Sequence record: NC_048673.1
Direction: 5' to 3' (one strand)
DNA: 64,000 nucleotides
Shown: positions 37,519 through 49,758 of the stretch, piece after piece
Numbering within the stretch: the first letter of the stretch is position 1
Layout of the letters: each line of letters begins with the position of its first letter
The notes under the pieces: model-generated
Told to the model about the DNA's origin: nothing
Seen by the model: only the letters and a program-made list of their open reading frames with translations
The model's database searches: none
Translations under genes and position numbers: made by a program

Positions 37519-39015
37519 ATGGCTAACAAAGTGTATAAAAATGGGGTGGTGCATGACACCATCCCATCCATTTATAAAAATAACTGGCATAGGTCCGTAC
37601 CGTGGGTTTTTTCTAATGGGGCATGGCATAGAGCTTATGACCTTGGCGACGAAAACCTATTAGCAAATAGTCGAATGTTGAATGGTACTGATATTTTTTG
37701 TTATTCTGACGGGGTTGTTATTGGAAACGTTCCACCATGCTATACCGTTTATAATAACTCGACAAATACGGGAAATAACGCTTTTGCTATAAGCTTCAAC
37801 CAAGATAATGAAAATACGAAAGGATATACATTCAGAACTATTGATAGTCGAATGTTCTTCCAAACCCGTATTTCGTTAAAGGCTGGAAAAACTTATACCG
37901 CAAGCGTTATGGTTAAAAACAACGATCTTACGTTGGTTCATAGTGGTGTACTTGCTGATATATACATGGACAATGGTGACCCCATTGATAATTATCTAAC
38001 ATTTAAAACTAAATTTGATAATAATCCATTAATTGGTGATGAGAGAACCCGTATATACTCTACTTTCACCGCAAAGAAAGACTGTCTAATACAATTTAAC
38101 TTTGGTGTTGGAGTTAGATATAACACAAATGGTGATTTCTCTTTTGATTCACCTATGGTTACAAATACAAATATCCTGATCGATTATCAACCAACCCCCC
38201 ACGTTTTAACCAACGAAGCAATTATTTTAAATAGAGACGCTGGATTCTCTACCACTGGTTCTTTGATGGTTGCGAACAAGACACATAAAGTTTCTGGTGG
38301 CCTTGTTATTGGTGATATCGCTACAGAACTAGTGATAGCTTCAAAAAACATTGGTGGTATTTCTACTGGTATGGGCATAAATCTAGAAACTAACACATTC
38401 TGGGTTAAAACTCCCGATGGTGTATATCATACCAAACCGTTGAAAAGACCATTACCAAGAAATAACAGTATTGGTGTATCTGTTTGGTTTGATGTATCTA
38501 ACGGATTTGCCCAAAACATAAGGTTGTATGTAAACGGTGAAGTCTACGCAAGAATAACAGACCCATATCTTAGTCTTGATACAGGGCTTAATACTGTATT
38601 CGGGTTAAATAGTAATAACATCACCATTGAACAATTTGAAATTTACATGGATGGAAACAGTCATCTATTTAATATTTCAAATCAAGGTAATGGAAAATTG
38701 GTATCTACTGATGGAAAACTGGTTCTTGATATCGTCGGTGATACAATTTGGTGGAGTACGGTTGCGCCTAAAATAACGAAACAACCGCAAGTTATATATA
38801 ACGCGCAAGTTGGTGATACGGTCGTGATAGAATCGGATTGTGATAGATTTTCCACAGTTCAATGGAAAACCTCAAGGGGTGTTGAAGTAGGTAATTCTAA
38901 AAATCTAGAGATAGAAGTTACCCCAACTCTAGACACATCAATTTTCTACTACGCCATTTATAAGAACAGTTATGGTCAAGTAACCACTCGCTCAACTAGG
39001 ATCCAAATATCTTAA
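37519..39015 (+). CDS. putative whisker-associated adhesin (beta-rich domains plus C-terminal Ig-like domain)
   Basis: Trp-rich N-terminus (WHRSVPWVFSNGAWHRAY); C-terminal PKITKQPQ...VQW...YYAIYKNSYG Ig-like signature. Confidence 0.55.
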   Translation: MANKVYKNGVVHDTIPSIYKNNWHRSVPWVFSNGAWHRAYDLGDENLLANSRMLNGTDIFCYSDGVVIGNVPPCYTVYNNSTNTGNNAFAISFNQDNENTKGYTFRTIDSRMFFQTRISLKAGKTYTASVMVKNNDLTLVHSGVLADIYMDNGDPIDNYLTFKTKFDNNPLIGDERTRIYSTFTAKKDCLIQFNFGVGVRYNTNGDFSFDSPMVTNTNILIDYQPTPHVLTNEAIILNRDAGFSTTGSLMVANKTHKVSGGLVIGDIATELVIASKNIGGISTGMGINLETNTFWVKTPDGVYHTKPLKRPLPRNNSIGVSVWFDVSNGFAQNIRLYVNGEVYARITDPYLSLDTGLNTVFGLNSNNITIEQFEIYMDGNSHLFNISNQGNGKLVSTDGKLVLDIVGDTIWWSTVAPKITKQPQVIYNAQVGDTVVIESDCDRFSTVQWKTSRGVEVGNSKNLEIEVTPTLDTSIFYYAIYKNSYGQVTTRSTRIQIS

Positions 39016-39026
39016 GGGGCATTAAA

Positions 39027-39170
39027 ATGCAAACCGCTGTACTTTTATTCTTTAGGACAATAGGTCTCGAAATTCTAACTCAGTTGCTTAAGGTGGCGGC
39101 GGAAGCAATCACCAAAAAACAGAAGCAGAATGAAGAAGATAAAGAGGCTAACAAAAATAAAGAACAATAA
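39027..39170 (+). CDS. small protein (47 aa; not in the ORF track)
   Basis: MQTAVLLFFRTIGLEILTQLLKVAAEAITKKQKQNEEDKEANKNKEQ; AAGGGG SD; terminator at 39174-39206. Confidence 0.55.
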   Translation: MQTAVLLFFRTIGLEILTQLLKVAAEAITKKQKQNEEDKEANKNKEQ

Positions 39171-39243
39171 TTAAAAGCCCCGTTCGTTTATTCGTTCGGG
39201 GCTTTTCTCTAAATACCATTGTAAACTATTAAAGGAAGATAAA

Positions 39244-40164
39244 ATGTATAATACCTGTAATAACCCTAAAGAACTAAAAGATAATATTCTTCGTCGGTTA
39301 GGTGCTCCAATTATAAATATTGAGGTTACAGAAACTCAGATCTATGACAGTATCGGGCGGGCTCTTGAACTTTATAAAGATTACCACCACGATGCACTAA
39401 ACCGGGCCTTTATAACCTGTATTCTAACCGAAGAACAAGCCATGACCGGGTATATCGATTTGAGTGAATACCCAGTTTTCGCAGTAACTAGAATTCTGCG
39501 TAGTATGGTCGGTAATATGACTCTGTTGGGTGGTGGTGTTCCTCTAAACTGGTTTGCTAGTTTCATTACTGGGTTAGCAACGAGTGGCGTTGGTTCTTGC
39601 TACCATGGACCTTTTGGGACAATCGGTTCCGTTGGATATTTTGCTGCATTTAGTTCCTATCAGAAACTCCTACAAGACCAATTAAATCCACTACCGGATT
39701 ATGATTTTGATACCAAATCTGGGATTCTACAGATCACACACAACAACCTCAAAAAAGGTGATGTGATGGTTATTGAAGCATATGTTCAAAACTTCGTAGA
39801 CCTTGACGAATATGCATTTAACAATATAGGTAGTGCTTTACCAATAGGTCACGGTGTACCTGCATCAGATTTAGAAAATAAATGGTCTAACCCATACAAG
39901 AAACTCCCCCAAAGCATCATAGGAAGCGCAAGGAACGATTTCCCAGACCAGAAGGTGTATAACAACAGGTGGGTTAAAGATATGTCCACAGCGCTCGTTA
40001 AAGAGGTTTGGGGGAATATAATGGCTAAACACCAAGGGATGCAACTCCCCGGTGGAGTAACTGTTGACGGAACTAGACTAATCCAAGAAGCCAAACAAGA
40101 AATTGAGACTCTTCGAGAGGAATTGCTTCTGTTGGCTGGTCCAGATCCAATTATTATGGGGTAA
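39244..40164 (+). CDS. 13: neck protein gp13
   Basis: NPKELKDNILRRLGAPIINIEVT, LPGGVTVDG. Confidence 0.95.
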   Translation: MYNTCNNPKELKDNILRRLGAPIINIEVTETQIYDSIGRALELYKDYHHDALNRAFITCILTEEQAMTGYIDLSEYPVFAVTRILRSMVGNMTLLGGGVPLNWFASFITGLATSGVGSCYHGPFGTIGSVGYFAAFSSYQKLLQDQLNPLPDYDFDTKSGILQITHNNLKKGDVMVIEAYVQNFVDLDEYAFNNIGSALPIGHGVPASDLENKWSNPYKKLPQSIIGSARNDFPDQKVYNNRWVKDMSTALVKEVWGNIMAKHQGMQLPGGVTVDGTRLIQEAKQEIETLREELLLLAGPDPIIMG

Positions 40165-40167
40165 TAT

Positions 40168-40959
40168 ATGTACGATTCTAATCTATTTGCCAGACTAGAA
40201 GATGGTTCCGGATATGAGGATTCAACTAATAAGAAAGAAGTATTGAATCCTCATGTTAATAATTATGGTCATGGCTATACACAAGCATTTGCTAGACATT
40301 TAATGTCGGAAGCAATCCAAATGAAAGGAATTGAGGTTTTCTATATTCGAAGGGAACTGGTGAAACTTGACCTTTTGTACGGGGAAGATATGCAATCCAA
40401 ATTCAACAACGCTTTCCGGGTTGCTATGTATTTGGAAAACTTTGAAGGGTATCAGGGACGTCAAGAATTTTTCTCAAAATTTGGTATGAGTGTAAATGAT
40501 GAGGCTGAATTCTCTGTATCCCCAGAACTGTTTAATAGACAAGGGGATGGAGAGAAGGCAAGGGAGGGAGACTTAATATATTTCCCTATGAATAATGCCC
40601 TTTTCGAAGTAACTTGGGTTGAACCAAATAACCCATTCTATCAAAATGGACAAGAAACCCTGTATAAAATCACAGCACAAAAATTCATATATTCTGGTGA
40701 AGAGATTCAACCGGAGTTTAGTCCGTCTGATTATATTATGAATCCGGCACTCGACCCAGTTCGTAAACTCGATAAAAGAGTTGATACATCGATTCTTGAA
40801 TATGAAGAAGATGATTTTGTTTCTGACGAAGCAGATGATTTTGTAGAAGAATTTGATGTGTTAATTGGTACTGGTGCCCCGGTTGCAGAAGCTCCGTATC
40901 AACCATTTGTTAATGGTCAAACTAATAAAGACCCATTCAGTGATCTTGACTTTAGATAA
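40168..40959 (+). CDS. 14: neck protein gp14
   Basis: FSKFGM, EGDLIYFPM, FIYSGE. Confidence 0.95.
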   Translation: MYDSNLFARLEDGSGYEDSTNKKEVLNPHVNNYGHGYTQAFARHLMSEAIQMKGIEVFYIRRELVKLDLLYGEDMQSKFNNAFRVAMYLENFEGYQGRQEFFSKFGMSVNDEAEFSVSPELFNRQGDGEKAREGDLIYFPMNNALFEVTWVEPNNPFYQNGQETLYKITAQKFIYSGEEIQPEFSPSDYIMNPALDPVRKLDKRVDTSILEYEEDDFVSDEADDFVEEFDVLIGTGAPVAEAPYQPFVNGQTNKDPFSDLDFR

Positions 40960-41021
40960 AATATAAAGGCGGGGGAAACCCCGCTTCCCTAAATACAATA
41001 AATACATATGGAGTGTAAATT

Positions 41022-41834
41022 ATGTTTGGATATTTCTATAATAGCTCAATGCGTAGATATACGGTTTTGCTAATGGACCTCCTTAGCGGTGTACAAGTAG
41101 AACGTACACGGGGAGACCAAAAGTTTTATAATAAAGTACCAATTACAAACGCATCAAAAGAGCGATTTATCATAAAGCTTAACAATGCGTTTAGTAACAA
41201 TTATGATGGTGAAATGGCTCGTGGTGAAACCATTCTCCCTAGAATAAATATCCATATGGTGGATATGATGTATAACTCCCAGTATAAAACAGGTATGCAG
41301 GGAAGACAAGCATCTGACCAAAACAATAAGTCATATAATATTTTCAACCCAGTACCTTGGAAATTTACTTTTGAGGTTTCTATTCATACCAGATATGAAA
41401 CTGATATGCATACCATCGTAGAGCAAATTCTACCATATTTCCAACCTAACTTCCCATGCAAAATTGTTGAACTTCATGACGGTAAAACCCCCGTCAATAG
41501 AGATATTCAGATAACAATTCAATCTGTTTCTATGTCAGAAGAATTAGAAGGAGACCGGGGAGAACGTCGTCGTCTAGAATGGACCTTATTCTTTGAACTA
41601 GATGGATGGATGTATGCGAACTTTGCAGACCTTAAGGGTGAGATTAAAACAACATATCTTGATTTCTTTGGGAATATGAAAAGACTACCGGTTGAAGCTT
41701 ATGAATCCGTTGACTCACAAGTGGTTCCTTTCGATTCCACACCGAATACATGGAATGGGGATTATATAGAAACTTGCTCTGCTGGAGTACCAATCCCCGT
41801 AGATCCAGAACCATCAAAACCAAGAGAGAATTAA
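41022..41834 (+). CDS. 15: tail terminator gp15
   Basis: MFGYFYNSSMRRY, EQILPYFQP. Confidence 0.95.
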   Translation: MFGYFYNSSMRRYTVLLMDLLSGVQVERTRGDQKFYNKVPITNASKERFIIKLNNAFSNNYDGEMARGETILPRINIHMVDMMYNSQYKTGMQGRQASDQNNKSYNIFNPVPWKFTFEVSIHTRYETDMHTIVEQILPYFQPNFPCKIVELHDGKTPVNRDIQITIQSVSMSEELEGDRGERRRLEWTLFFELDGWMYANFADLKGEIKTTYLDFFGNMKRLPVEAYESVDSQVVPFDSTPNTWNGDYIETCSAGVPIPVDPEPSKPREN

Positions 41835-41835
41835 A

Positions 41836-42348
41836 ATGAGTGAATTAGATATGAAAAGTCTACTTGATGTGTCTGGGTTGCCCGGATTTGATGGTGGCGA
41901 AGTTGTTGTGTATGAACCAACTGTATTACTTCCGGTGGAATCCAACCCGTTAGATAGAGCAAAAGACCTATCAGACGATTACAGTTTGGCTAGACAAGCA
42001 TTAAACCAACAACAACAAATGATTATGGCTATGGCGGCAATTGCATTGGAGAATGCAAAGAATTCAGAGAGTCCAAACCAAGTTAATGCGTTCACTCAGT
42101 TAATGGGAACGTGGACTGCTAATACAAAGGAAATTCTTAAGCTCCATAAAGAAATGGACGCAATTACAGCCGAGAAAACAAAAACTGGTGGAAATAAACC
42201 AGAAACTCCTAGCCCGAGTATGAATATTGAAAACGCTACTGTTTTTATGGGAACCCCTGCTGAACTAATGCTAAGAGAAGGAACCCAAACACAGGCTCAA
42301 TCTCTTGTTATTGATGGTGAATCAGAAGAGGTTAAAAATGCAAATTAA
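41836..42348 (+). CDS. 16: small terminase gp16
   Basis: VESNPLDRAKDLSDDYSLAR, NATVFMGTPAELM. Confidence 0.92.
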   Translation: MSELDMKSLLDVSGLPGFDGGEVVVYEPTVLLPVESNPLDRAKDLSDDYSLARQALNQQQQMIMAMAAIALENAKNSESPNQVNAFTQLMGTWTANTKEILKLHKEMDAITAEKTKTGGNKPETPSPSMNIENATVFMGTPAELMLREGTQTQAQSLVIDGESEEVKNAN

Positions 42349-42643
42349 TTGGCGAGAACATATAAAAACAGAAGAACATCTAAGGGCTTATATTGACCTA
42401 GATAGAACGGAATTTAATGACTATCTAATTAGTACATCGTGGGATATTCTAACACACAGAAATGGTGTTAGAGTTCAAGTTGTTAATTATCCACTGGTTA
42501 GAGAATTATACACCTATATATTTTCTAAATTAGGATATGATGTTTCTGGTGACAAATATATCATCGGAAACTCGGTTATCAAATTTACTAATGTGTTAGA
42601 TATCCCCAGAGGTTCATTCTATAGGTATGTTTTTGAGGGATAA
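42338..42643 (+). CDS. hypothetical protein between the terminase genes
   Basis: ATG at 42338 (GAGG SD) overlaps the gp16 end; 101 aa. Confidence 0.6.
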   Translation: MQINWREHIKTEEHLRAYIDLDRTEFNDYLISTSWDILTHRNGVRVQVVNYPLVRELYTYIFSKLGYDVSGDKYIIGNSVIKFTNVLDIPRGSFYRYVFEG

Positions 42644-44566
<1,923 letters not shown>

Positions 44567-44578
44567 AAGGAAAATAAA

Positions 44579-46615
44579 ATGGCATTACTTTCTCCGGGTG
44601 TAGAAGCTAAAGAGAATAATATGCAAACTACTATTGCCCGTTCATCTACTGGACGGGCGGCTCTAGCTGGTAAATTCCAGTGGGGTCCTGCATATCAAAT
44701 TTCTCAACTAGTTTCCGAGACCGACCTTATCGACCGTTTCGGTCGTCCTGATAATCAAACTGCTGATAGCGTTCTCAGTGCGATCAACTTCCTGAAATAT
44801 GGTAACGATCTTCGTACCGTCCGTATTCTTGATGAAGATACTGCACGTAACTCTAGTCCGTTTTTTGAAACAATTGATTATACTATTACATCTCCGGGTG
44901 TTGATTATCGTATTGGTGACGATGTTAAAATTCTCCAAAATGGTGCAACTATCACCACTGGTAAAGTGTCCGCACTTAACTCCGTTGGTGGTATTACCTT
45001 CGTTAGATTCTCTACTGCCGAAGTAGTCAAAAAGGCAAAAGAACTTAACGATTACCCAGCCCTTCAAAATGGATGGCAGATCCAATTTACCTCTGGTGGT
45101 CCCGGTAGTGGTCAATCTGCAACGGCTGTACTGAATGGTATTCGTCAAGATAGTAAGATTTATATCCGTAATGATGAATATTCCCGTGAATCCCTGCTTC
45201 GTAGAGACGAAACGACCGAAACATACATCGATATGTGTGAATCCTATGGTATTCCGGTTGTTGCTTCTCGTTATGCCGGTCTGACCGGTGATAATATCCA
45301 AGTCGCATTTATTGCGTACAAAGATTATTACAAGTTTGGTGTTGATGGTAAGATTTCTTCTGTTAATACAGTAAACCTGAAAACTTTCCCAAGTGGTTTG
45401 AGTTTTGGTAATATCACCCCAAGCTCTTATTTGGAATATGGTCCACAAACAAAAGACCAGTTCGCAATGATTGTTTTTGTTGGTGGTTCTGCTGTTGAAT
45501 CTCGTGTTCTGTCAGTAAAAGAGAATGACCGCGATATATACGGTTCCAGTATCTATGTTGATGAATTCTTCATTAATGGATATTCCACCTTTATTCAAGG
45601 TGTTGCTGAGTCGTGGCCTACTGAATATTCCGGAATCCTTACATTCGGTGGCGGTAATAGTGGTAACTCGACTGCTTCTGCCGGTGATTGGATCGAAGGT
45701 TGGGATATGTTCTCCGACCGTGAGCACGTAGATGTAAACCTGTTTATTGCCGGTTCTTGTGCTGGTGAAGGTGTAGAAATTGCATCAACTGTACAGAAAT
45801 CCGTTGCCGCCATCTGTGATGAGCGTCAGGATTGTCTTGGCTGGATCAGCCCACCCCGCGAATACATGGTAAACCTACCTGTAGCAACTTCGGTTAAGAA
45901 GATGGTTGAATGGCGTCGTGGTGTTACCGATTCGGGTGTTGTGGTTGATGATAACATGAACATAGGAACCACCTACAGTTCTACATCTGCAAACTACAAG
46001 CTGCAATATGACAAATACAACGACACCAACCGTTGGATCCCGCTGTCTGCTGATATGGCTGGTTTGTGTGCTCGTACAGACACAGTAGCCCAACCATGGA
46101 TGTCTCCGGCTGGTTTTAACCGTGGTCAGATCCTAGACGTTCGTAAGCTGGCTATCGAGACTCGTCAAGCACATCGTGATGAGCTATATCAAAACAGTAT
46201 GAACCCAGTAGTTGGATTCCCCGGTCAAGGTTTCATTCTGTATGGTGATAAGACTATGAGTCTTCAACCAACCCCATTCGATCGGATCAACGTCCGTCGT
46301 TTGTTCAACCTGTTGAAGAAGTCTATCTCTGAAAGTGCGAAATATAAGCTGTTTGAGAATAACGATGCGTTCACTCGTAACTCTTTCCGCAGTGAGGTCA
46401 ATTCCTACCTAGATTCTATCAAGTCTCTTGGTGGTATCTATGATTTCCGTGTCGTGTGTGATGAGACAAACAACACCCCAGCGGTTATTGACCGTAACGA
46501 GTTTGTTGCAACTATTCTAATCAAACCAGCACGGTCTATCAACTATGTTAGCCTGAACTTCTCCGCCGTGGGAACTTCCGCTAACTTCGATGAGTTGGTT
46601 GGTCCACAAAACTAA
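44579..46615 (+). CDS. 18: tail sheath gp18
   Basis: MALLSPGVE, FDRINVRRLF, IKPARSINY. Confidence 0.97.
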   Translation: MALLSPGVEAKENNMQTTIARSSTGRAALAGKFQWGPAYQISQLVSETDLIDRFGRPDNQTADSVLSAINFLKYGNDLRTVRILDEDTARNSSPFFETIDYTITSPGVDYRIGDDVKILQNGATITTGKVSALNSVGGITFVRFSTAEVVKKAKELNDYPALQNGWQIQFTSGGPGSGQSATAVLNGIRQDSKIYIRNDEYSRESLLRRDETTETYIDMCESYGIPVVASRYAGLTGDNIQVAFIAYKDYYKFGVDGKISSVNTVNLKTFPSGLSFGNITPSSYLEYGPQTKDQFAMIVFVGGSAVESRVLSVKENDRDIYGSSIYVDEFFINGYSTFIQGVAESWPTEYSGILTFGGGNSGNSTASAGDWIEGWDMFSDREHVDVNLFIAGSCAGEGVEIASTVQKSVAAICDERQDCLGWISPPREYMVNLPVATSVKKMVEWRRGVTDSGVVVDDNMNIGTTYSSTSANYKLQYDKYNDTNRWIPLSADMAGLCARTDTVAQPWMSPAGFNRGQILDVRKLAIETRQAHRDELYQNSMNPVVGFPGQGFILYGDKTMSLQPTPFDRINVRRLFNLLKKSISESAKYKLFENNDAFTRNSFRSEVNSYLDSIKSLGGIYDFRVVCDETNNTPAVIDRNEFVATILIKPARSINYVSLNFSAVGTSANFDELVGPQN

Positions 46616-46660
46616 TAGAGTGGGGGATAATATCCCCCATTTTACAAAGGATTTATTATT

Positions 46661-47380
46661 TTGCTTATAACTAACATCCACAATATAAGGGTATATGGGA
46701 GAACTGTTAGGGTTATATCTGACGTTATTGGATATACCCCCGACTATGGTTATATTTCTGTGTCATCTAGCATCCTACTGGAATGCAAAACATCCAAAGT
46801 TAAGGTATCCGTCAAATGCGATAAATGTTTAAATGTTAACGAAACAACTTCATGTGTTATATATAAAAACCCAGATAGGTTAAATTTGTGTGTAAAATGC
46901 TTCAAAAGTAAAGCACAAAAGATATATAAATCAACAAAAGAAGGGGTTGAGTCAACAAAGAGGGCAACTTTATCGAGGGTAAATAATAGTGGATGGAAAG
47001 AATCAAGACTTCGGGCTGGTGAAAGCTATAAAAATTGGTATTATTCACTACCAGAAGAAGCAAAAATGGAAAAGAGAATATCTTCCAGAAAACAGCTTAT
47101 AAGATTTGGTTCAGATAACGGTAGGTGGAACCCAAATAAAGAGGATTTCAAAAAATATCGAAATCTAGTTAGAACATTAACTGCCAGAAATGAGCACTTA
47201 TATAGTAAATGGGAAAACTTCGATAAGATTGGAAAATCAGGAGTGGATGGTGCTTATCAGCTAGATCATATAATTTCCATAAAGTATGGGTTTGACCATA
47301 ATATATGTCCTACTGTTATTGGTGACATAAAAAATTTACAATTAATACCATGGCAAGAAAACCGTTCTAAATGGTATTGA
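46661..47380 (+). mobile_element. free-standing HNH homing endonuclease-like gene
   Basis: C-terminal YQLDHIIS...NLQLIPWQENRSK HNH motif; TTG start with AAGGA SD; sits between genes 18 and 19. Confidence 0.75.
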
Positions 47381-47401
47381 ACAAAAATAAGAGGTTTAAA
47401 A

Positions 47402-47890
47402 ATGGATCTTACTGATGTTTCTAGAGCATTCTCTAACGGTGATCTGGCTCGCCCTAACCTGTTTGAGATTGAAATTCCTTTCATGGGGCAAGACTTTTCA
47501 TTTAAATGTAAAGCTGCTTCTATGCCGGGTGCAACTGTAGAACCCGTAATTCTGGGTTATCAGAATAAAAAGCTCAAACTGGCTGGTGACCGTACATTCG
47601 ATGACTGGACACTCACAGTCTATAATGACACCGAACACAACACACGTCAACAATTTATTGAGTGGCAAAATATAGCTCAATCCCTTGGTCGTAATATCAA
47701 TGGTGAAGTTCCAACCGTGTATAAGAAGGAAGCAACCGTACATCAACTCGACCGTACTGGTAAGCGCACTCGTTCTTATACAGTTTATGGTACTTGGCCT
47801 ACCCAAATTTCCGAACTTGCTTTGGACTGGGATACTGGGTCTGAGGTTGAAATGTTTGAAGTTATTATGGCTTTGGACTGGTGGGAATAA
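47402..47890 (+). CDS. 19: tail tube gp19
   Basis: DLARPNLFE, AGDRTFDDWTLTVYND. Confidence 0.97.
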   Translation: MDLTDVSRAFSNGDLARPNLFEIEIPFMGQDFSFKCKAASMPGATVEPVILGYQNKKLKLAGDRTFDDWTLTVYNDTEHNTRQQFIEWQNIAQSLGRNINGEVPTVYKKEATVHQLDRTGKRTRSYTVYGTWPTQISELALDWDTGSEVEMFEVIMALDWWE

Positions 47891-47971
47891 AATGATTGGG
47901 GTAGAAATACCCCATATCCTTTTAATTTTATTGCCCTAAATAAATATAGATAAAATAAAAGGATTACTCAT

Positions 47972-49549
47972 ATGTTCAATGGTCGTTTTACTGTTCCAAG
48001 TTTTCTTCGTCCGTGGGCGAAAGATGACGATAAGGAACTAGATATAGAACTCAAATCGGGTATTGATAGTTTCTCCGCACCAGACAATCCCGATGGTGCA
48101 AATTCTATTGATAGAACCGATACATCAGCACCCAGTCGTGCATATCAAGCTTATGCATATGGTACTGAACAAAAAATTAATTCAACTCGTCAACTTATAG
48201 ATCAATATCGCGCTCTAACAAATTATCACGAAGTTGATAATGCGATTGATGAAATCGTAAACGATGCAATTGTTCAAGAAGACGAAAAGAATACTGTTTC
48301 ATTGGATTTGGATGCAACTAAATGGAATAAATCCATTAAAGACCGGGTTCAGGAAGAATTTGAAGAAATATTGTCTCTTTTGAACTTCGAAAAAGAAGGT
48401 AAGAGATTATATCGCCGTTGGTATGTTGATAGTCGGATCTATTTCCATAAAATGATCGATCCGAAACGCCAAAAAGAAGGTATTAAAGAACTTCGGTTGT
48501 TAGACCCACGAGCCGTATATTATCACAGAGAAAACTTTAAAGAGGTTGAAGGTGGTAATAGCATTTATAAAGGTCATCGTGAATATTTTACTTATTCTGG
48601 TACTGAATGTTCGACTTATAATATAAACCAAGCCAATACAAACCATATCGTTATTCCCCGCGATGCGATGGTTTATGCTCATAGTGGCAAAGTATCTTGT
48701 GATGGTAGATCCATTATAGGGCATTTACATGCTGCAATAAAGCCAGCTAACATTTTGAAGATGTTAGAGGATGCATTGGTTATATATCGCGTATCACGCG
48801 CACCAGAACGTCGTATTTTTTATATTGACGTTGGTAATATGCAACCGAAAAAAGCAACCGAACACGTAAACAAAGTCATGCAAGGTTTTAAAAACCGGGT
48901 TATCTATGACAGTTCAACTGGTAAGGTTAAAACAGCAGCCAATAACCTAAGTATGACAGAAGATTTCTGGTTGATGCGTCGTGATGGTAAGGCTTCTACT
49001 GAGATTTCTACTCTTCCGGGTGCTCAGTCTATTGGTGAAATGGACGACGTTCGTTGGTTCAACCGTAAAGTGTATGAAGCAATGAAATTACCACTTAGTC
49101 GCCTCCCAATGGAATCTGGTGGTGTTACATTCTCAAATGGCGGGGAAATATCTCGTGATGAGCTGTTGTTTTCTAAATTGGTTCGTGGTATGCAGCGCCA
49201 ATTTGACCCAATTTTCTATGACCCACTTGTTACAAACCTTATTCTAAAAGGTATTATGAGTCAGGAAGAATGGGATGAAGAAAAGAATAACATCAAGATT
49301 GTATATGCCAAAGATTCTTATTATGAAGAACTTAAAGATATTGAGATTCTTCAACGTAGAGTAGATGTGGTTAGTAGTCTCATTCAAAATAACATTGTCG
49401 GAAAATATATGTCTCATAATACAATTATGAAAGACATAATGAAAATGACAGATAAACAAATTGAAGAAGAGGCGAAGAAAATTGAGGAAGAAATGAAATC
49501 CGAAATTCTCAATCCACCAAATCCAGAAGATGGTCTCGCTGATTTTTAA
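47972..49549 (+). CDS. 20: portal gp20
   Basis: RRWYVDSRI, RAPERRIFYIDVG, EDFWLMRRDG. Confidence 0.97.
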   Translation: MFNGRFTVPSFLRPWAKDDDKELDIELKSGIDSFSAPDNPDGANSIDRTDTSAPSRAYQAYAYGTEQKINSTRQLIDQYRALTNYHEVDNAIDEIVNDAIVQEDEKNTVSLDLDATKWNKSIKDRVQEEFEEILSLLNFEKEGKRLYRRWYVDSRIYFHKMIDPKRQKEGIKELRLLDPRAVYYHRENFKEVEGGNSIYKGHREYFTYSGTECSTYNINQANTNHIVIPRDAMVYAHSGKVSCDGRSIIGHLHAAIKPANILKMLEDALVIYRVSRAPERRIFYIDVGNMQPKKATEHVNKVMQGFKNRVIYDSSTGKVKTAANNLSMTEDFWLMRRDGKASTEISTLPGAQSIGEMDDVRWFNRKVYEAMKLPLSRLPMESGGVTFSNGGEISRDELLFSKLVRGMQRQFDPIFYDPLVTNLILKGIMSQEEWDEEKNNIKIVYAKDSYYEELKDIEILQRRVDVVSSLIQNNIVGKYMSHNTIMKDIMKMTDKQIEEEAKKIEEEMKSEILNPPNPEDGLADF

Positions 49550-49574
49550 CAACACTAAATAAAGGTATAGAGTG

Positions 49575-49730
49575 ATGGAAGAATTTATTAATGCAGCACG
49601 AGCTGGTGATCTTATTGCCGCTAAAGGTGCATTCGAAACTGAAATGTTTTCACGTATTGCCGCTAAAACTCATGATATGCGGGTTCAGATGGGAGCATCC
49701 TTAGCCCCCTTCGAAGACGAACAAGAATAA
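49575..49730 (+). CDS. 67: prohead core protein gp67 (51 aa; not in the ORF track)
   Basis: MEEFINAARAGDLIAAKGAF resembles T4 gp67; late promoter at 49555. Confidence 0.8.
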   Translation: MEEFINAARAGDLIAAKGAFETEMFSRIAAKTHDMRVQMGASLAPFEDEQE

Positions 49731-49758
49731 TTTTTAACAACCCCATAAGGAAAATAAA

